Source: Macrostomum lignano
Lineage: Eukaryota
Direction of reading: 5' to 3'
Length of the DNA: 33,059 nt
NCBI GenBank assembly: GCA_002269645.1
Contig: NIVC01002841.1
Span: forward strand, 1-33,059
The notes under the pieces are model-generated. The model had not been told where the DNA came from. It did not search any database and worked only from the letters and a program-made list of their open reading frames with translations. Below, piece after piece: positions 23,301 to 29,300 of the stretch (positions are counted from its first letter, which is position 1; every line of letters starts with the position of its first letter). Both the position numbers and the translations under genes were made by a program.

Positions 23301-26300
23301 CAACGCACCGTCGAGGCGTTCCATCGATCCGGGTGTTGCACCACTCGACAGCAGAGCCCGTGCCATTCCGACAGATGTCAGCACCGACTCGTCATACAGT
23401 CCAGACGCCTTCAACTTGTTCAGCCTCGAGATCATCAGCTCCGTCACAGCCGCGCTGGTCGGTGCTGCTTCCTCTGGCGGCTGCTTTGACTCGACACGCT
23501 TTCCAACCTCGTCCGTGGAAACCTGTGGCTTCTCGACCTCAGCTGCAGGAGCTTCTGACTTTGGAGTCTCGTCCGGTTGTACGCCATCTTCCTTGTCAAC
23601 GACAGCCGCGGCCAGAAGAGCGTCTCTATCTGACGCTTGCTTCTTGTAAGAATCCAACGCACCGTCGAGGCGTTCCATCGATCCGGGTGTTGCACCACTC
23701 GACAGCAGAGCCCGTGCCATTCCGACAGATGTCAGCACCGACTCGTCATACAGTCCAGACGCCTTCAACTTGTTCAGCCTCGAGATCATCAGCTCCGTCA
23801 CAGCCGCGCTGGTCGGTGCTGCTTCCTCTGGCGGCTGCTTTGACTCGACACGCTTTCCAACCTCGTCCGTGGAAACCTGTGGCTTCTCGACCTCAGCTGC
23901 AGGAGCTTCTGACTTTGGAGTCTCGTCCGGTTGTACGCCATCTTCCTTGTCAACGACAGCCGCGGCCAGAAGAGCGTCTCTATCTGACGCTTGCTTCTTG
24001 TAAGAATCCAACGCACCGTCGAGGCGTTCCATCGATCCGGGTGTTGCACCACTCGACAGCAGAGCCCGTGCCATTCCGACAGATGTCAGCACCGACTCGT
24101 CATACAGTCCAGACGCCTTCAACTTGTTCAGCCTCGAGATCATCAGCTCCGTCACAGCCGCGCTGGTCGGTGCTGCTTCCTCTGGCGGCTGCTTTGACTC
24201 GACACGCTTTCCAACCTCGTCCGTGGAAACCTGTGGCTTCTCGACCTCAGCTGCAGGAGCTTCTGACTTTGGAGTCTCGTCCGGTTGTACGCCATCTTCC
24301 TTGTCAACGACAGCCGCGGCCAGAAGAGCGTCTCTATCTGACGCTTGCTTCTTGTAAGAATCCAACGCACCGTCGAGGCGTTCCATCGATCCGGGTGTTG
24401 CACCACTCGACAGCAGAGCCCGTGCCATTCCGACAGATGTCAGCACCGACTCGTCATACAGTCCAGACGCCTTCAACTTGTTCAGCCTCGAGATCATCAG
24501 CTCCGTCACAGCCGCGCTGGTCGGTGCTGCTTCCTCTGGCGGCTGCTTTGACTCGACACGCTTTCCAACCTCGTCCGTGGAAACCTGTGGCTTCTCGACC
24601 TCAGCTGCAGGAGCTTCTGACTTTGGAGTCTCGTCCGGTTGTACGCCATCTTCCTTGTCAACGACAGCCGCGGCCAGAAGAGCGTCTCTATCTGACGCTT
24701 GCTTCTTGTAAGAATCCAACGCACCGTCGAGGCGTTCCATCGATCCGGGTGTTGCACCACTCGACAGCAGAGCCCGTGCCATTCCGACAGATGTCAGCAC
24801 CGACTCGTCATACAGTCCAGACGCCTTCAACTTGTTCAGCCTCGAGATCATCAGCTCCGTCACAGCCGCGCTGGTCGGTGCTGCTTCCTCTGGCGGCTGC
24901 TTTGACTCGACACGCTTTCCAACCTCGTCCGTGGAAACCTGTGGCTTCTCGACCTCAGCTGCAGGAGCTTCTGACTTTGGAGTCTCGTCCGGTTGTACGC
25001 CATCTTCCTTGTCAACGACAGCCGCGGCCAGAAGAGCGTCTCTATCTGACGCTTGCTTCTTGTAAGAATCCAACGCACCGTCGAGGCGTTCCATCGATCC
25101 GGGTGTTGCACCACTCGACAGCAGAGCCCGTGCCATTCCGACAGATGTCAGCACCGACTCGTCATACAGTCCAGACGCCTTCAACTTGTTCAGCCTCGAG
25201 ATCATCAGCTCCGTCACAGCCGCGCTGGTCGGTGCTGCTTCCTCTGGCGGCTGCTTTGACTCGACACGCTTTCCAACCTCGTCCGTGGAAACCTGTGGCT
25301 TCTCGACCTCAGCTGCAGGAGCTTCTGACTTTGGAGTCTCGTCCGGTTGTACGCCATCTTCCTTGTCAACGACAGCCGCGGCCAGAAGAGCGTCTCTATC
25401 TGACGCTTGCTTCTTGTAAGAATCCAACGCACCGTCGAGGCGTTCCATCGATCCGGGTGTTGCACCACTCGACAGCAGAGCCCGTGCCATTCCGACAGAT
25501 GTCAGCACCGACTCGTCATACAGTCCAGACGCCTTCAACTTGTTCAGCCTCGAGATCATCAGCTCCGTCACAGCCGCGCTGGTCGGTGCTGCTTCCTCTG
25601 GCGGCTGCTTTGACTCGACACGCTTTCCAACCTCGTCCGTGGAAACCTGTGGCTTCTCGACCTCAGCTGCAGGAGCTTCTGACTTTGGAGTCTCGTCCGG
25701 TTGTACGCCATCTTCCTTGTCAACGACAGCCGCGGCCAGAAGAGCGTCTCTATCTGACGCTTGCTTCTTGTAAGAATCCAACGCACCGTCGAGGCGTTCC
25801 ATCGATCCGGGTGTTGCACCACTCGACAGCAGAGCCCGTGCCATTCCGACAGATGTCAGCACCGACTCGTCATACAGTCCAGACGCCTTCAACTTGTTCA
25901 GCCTCGAGATCATCAGCTCCGTCACAGCCGCGCTGGTCGGTGCTGCTTCCTCTGGCGGCTGCTTTGACTCGACACGCTTTCCAACCTCGTCCGTGGAAAC
26001 CTGTGGCTTCTCGACCTCAGCTGCAGGAGCTTCTGACTTTGGAGTCTCGTCCGGTTGTACGCCATCTTCCTTGTCAACGACAGCCGCGGCCAGAAGAGCG
26101 TCTCTATCTGACGCTTGCTTCTTGTAAGAATCCAACGCACCGTCGAGGCGTTCCATCGATCCGGGTGTTGCACCACTCGACAGCAGAGCCCGTGCCATTC
26201 CGACAGATGTCAGCACCGACTCGTCATACAGTCCAGACGCCTTCAACTTGTTCAGCCTCGAGATCATCAGCTCCGTCACAGCCGCGCTGGTCGGTGCTGC

Positions 26301-29300
26301 TTCCTCTGGCGGCTGCTTTGACTCGACACGCTTTCCAACCTCGTCCGTGGAAACCTGTGGCTTCTCGACCTCAGCTGCAGGAGCTTCTGACTTTGGAGTC
26401 TCGTCCGGTTGTACGCCATCTTCCTTGTCAACGACAGCCGCGGCCAGAAGAGCGTCTCTATCTGACGCTTGCTTCTTGTAAGAATCCAACGCACCGTCGA
26501 GGCGTTCCATCGATCCGGGTGTTGCACCACTCGACAGCAGAGCCCGTGCCATTCCGACAGATGTCAGCACCGACTCGTCATACAGTCCAGACGCCTTCAA
26601 CTTGTTCAGCCTCGAGATCATCAGCTCCGTCACAGCCGCGCTGGTCGGTGCTGCTTCCTCTGGCGGCTGCTTTGACTCGACACGCTTTCCAACCTCGTCC
26701 GTGGAAACCTGTGGCTTCTCGACCTCAGCTGCAGGAGCTTCTGACTTTGGAGTCTCGTCCGGTTGTACGCCATCTTCCTTGTCAACGACAGCCGCGGCCA
26801 GAAGAGCGTCTCTATCTGACGCTTGCTTCTTGTAAGAATCCAACGCACCGTCGAGGCGTTCCATCGATCCGGGTGTTGCACCACTCGACAGCAGAGCCCG
26901 TGCCATTCCGACAGATGTCAGCACCGACTCGTCATACAGTCCAGACGCCTTCAACTTGTTCAGCCTCGAGATCATCAGCTCCGTCACAGCCGCGCTGGTC
27001 GGTGCTGCTTCCTCTGGCGGCTGCTTTGACTCGACACGCTTTCCAACCTCGTCCGTGGAAACCTGTGGCTTCTCGACCTCAGCTGCAGGAGCTTCTGACT
27101 TTGGAGTCTCGTCCGGTTGTACGCCATCTTCCTTGTCAACGACAGCCGCGGCCAGAAGAGCGTCTCTATCTGACGCTTGCTTCTTGTAAGAATCCAACGC
27201 ACCGTCGAGGCGTTCCATCGATCCGGGTGTTGCACCACTCGACAGCAGAGCCCGTGCCATTCCGACAGATGTCAGCACCGACTCGTCATACAGTCCAGAC
27301 GCCTTCAACTTGTTCAGCCTCGAGATCATCAGCTCCGTCACAGCCGCGCTGGTCGGTGCTGCTTCCTCTGGCGGCTGCTTTGACTCGACACGCTTTCCAA
27401 CCTCGTCCGTGGAAACCTGTGGCTTCTCGACCTCAGCTGCAGGAGCTTCTGACTTTGGAGTCTCGTCCGGTTGTACGCCATCTTCCTTGTCAACGACAGC
27501 CGCGGCCAGAAGAGCGTCTCTATCTGACGCTTGCTTCTTGTAAGAATCCAACGCACCGTCGAGGCGTTCCATCGATCCGGGTGTTGCACCACTCGACAGC
27601 AGAGCCCGTGCCATTCCGACAGATGTCAGCACCGACTCGTCATACAGTCCAGACGCCTTCAACTTGTTCAGCCTCGAGATCATCAGCTCCGTCACAGCCG
27701 CGCTGGTCGGTGCTGCTTCCTCTGGCGGCTGCTTTGACTCGACACGCTTTCCAACCTCGTCCGTGGAAACCTGTGGCTTCTCGACCTCAGCTGCAGGAGC
27801 TTCTGACTTTGGAGTCTCGTCCGGTTGTACGCCATCTTCCTTGTCAACGACAGCCGCGGCCAGAAGAGCGTCTCTATCTGACGCTTGCTTCTTGTAAGAA
27901 TCCAACGCACCGTCGAGGCGTTCCATCGATCCGGGTGTTGCACCACTCGACAGCAGAGCCCGTGCCATTCCGACAGATGTCAGCACCGACTCGTCATACA
28001 GTCCAGACGCCTTCAACTTGTTCAGCCTCGAGATCATCAGCTCCGTCACAGCCGCGCTGGTCGGTGCTGCTTCCTCTGGCGGCTGCTTTGACTCGACACG
28101 CTTTCCAACCTCGTCCGTGGAAACCTGTGGCTTCTCGACCTCAGCTGCAGGAGCTTCTGACTTTGGAGTCTCGTCCGGTTGTACGCCATCTTCCTTGTCA
28201 ACGACAGCCGCGGCCAGAAGAGCGTCTCTATCTGACGCTTGCTTCTTGTAAGAATCCAACGCACCGTCGAGGCGTTCCATCGATCCGGGTGTTGCACCAC
28301 TCGACAGCAGAGCCCGTGCCATTCCGACAGATGTCAGCACCGACTCGTCATACAGTCCAGACGCCTTCAACTTGTTCAGCCTCGAGATCATCAGCTCCGT
28401 CACAGCCGCGCTGGTCGGTGCTGCTTCCTCTGGCGGCTGCTTTGACTCGACACGCTTTCCAACCTCGTCCGTGGAAACCTGTGGCTTCTCGACCTCAGCT
28501 GCAGGAGCTTCTGACTTTGGAGTCTCGTCCGGTTGTACGCCATCTTCCTTGTCAACGACAGCCGCGGCCAGAAGAGCGTCTCTATCTGACGCTTGCTTCT
28601 TGTAAGAATCCAACGCACCGTCGAGGCGTTCCATCGATCCGGGTGTTGCACCACTCGACAGCAGAGCCCGTGCCATTCCGACAGATGTCAGCACCGACTC
28701 GTCATACAGTCCAGACGCCTTCAACTTGTTCAGCCTCGAGATCATCAGCTCCGTCACAGCCGCGCTGGTCGGTGCTGCTTCCTCTGGCGGCTGCTTTGAC
28801 TCGACACGCTTTCCAACCTCGTCCGTGGTAACCTGTGGCTTCTCGACCTCAGCTGCAGGAGCTTCTGACTTTGGAGTCTCGTCCGGTTGTACGCCATCTT
28901 CCTTGTCAACGACAGCCGCGGCCAGAAGAGCGTCTCTATCTGACGCTTGCTTCTTGTAAGAATCCAACGCACCGTCGAGGCGTTCCATCGATCCGGGTGT
29001 TGCACCACTCGACAGCAGAGCCCGTGCCATTCCGACAGATGTCAGCACCGACTCGTCATACAGTCCAGACGCCTTCAACTTGTTCAGCCTCGAGATCATC
29101 AGCTCCGTCACAGCCGCGCTGGTCGGTGCTGCTTCCTCTGGCGGCTGCTTTGACTCGACACGCTTTCCAACCTCGTCCGTGGTAACCTGTGGCTTCTCGA
29201 CCTCAGCTGCAGGAGCTTCTGACTTTGGAGTCTCGTCCGGTTGTACGCCATCTTCCTTGTCAACGACAGCCGCGGCCAGAAGAGCGTCTCTATCTGACGC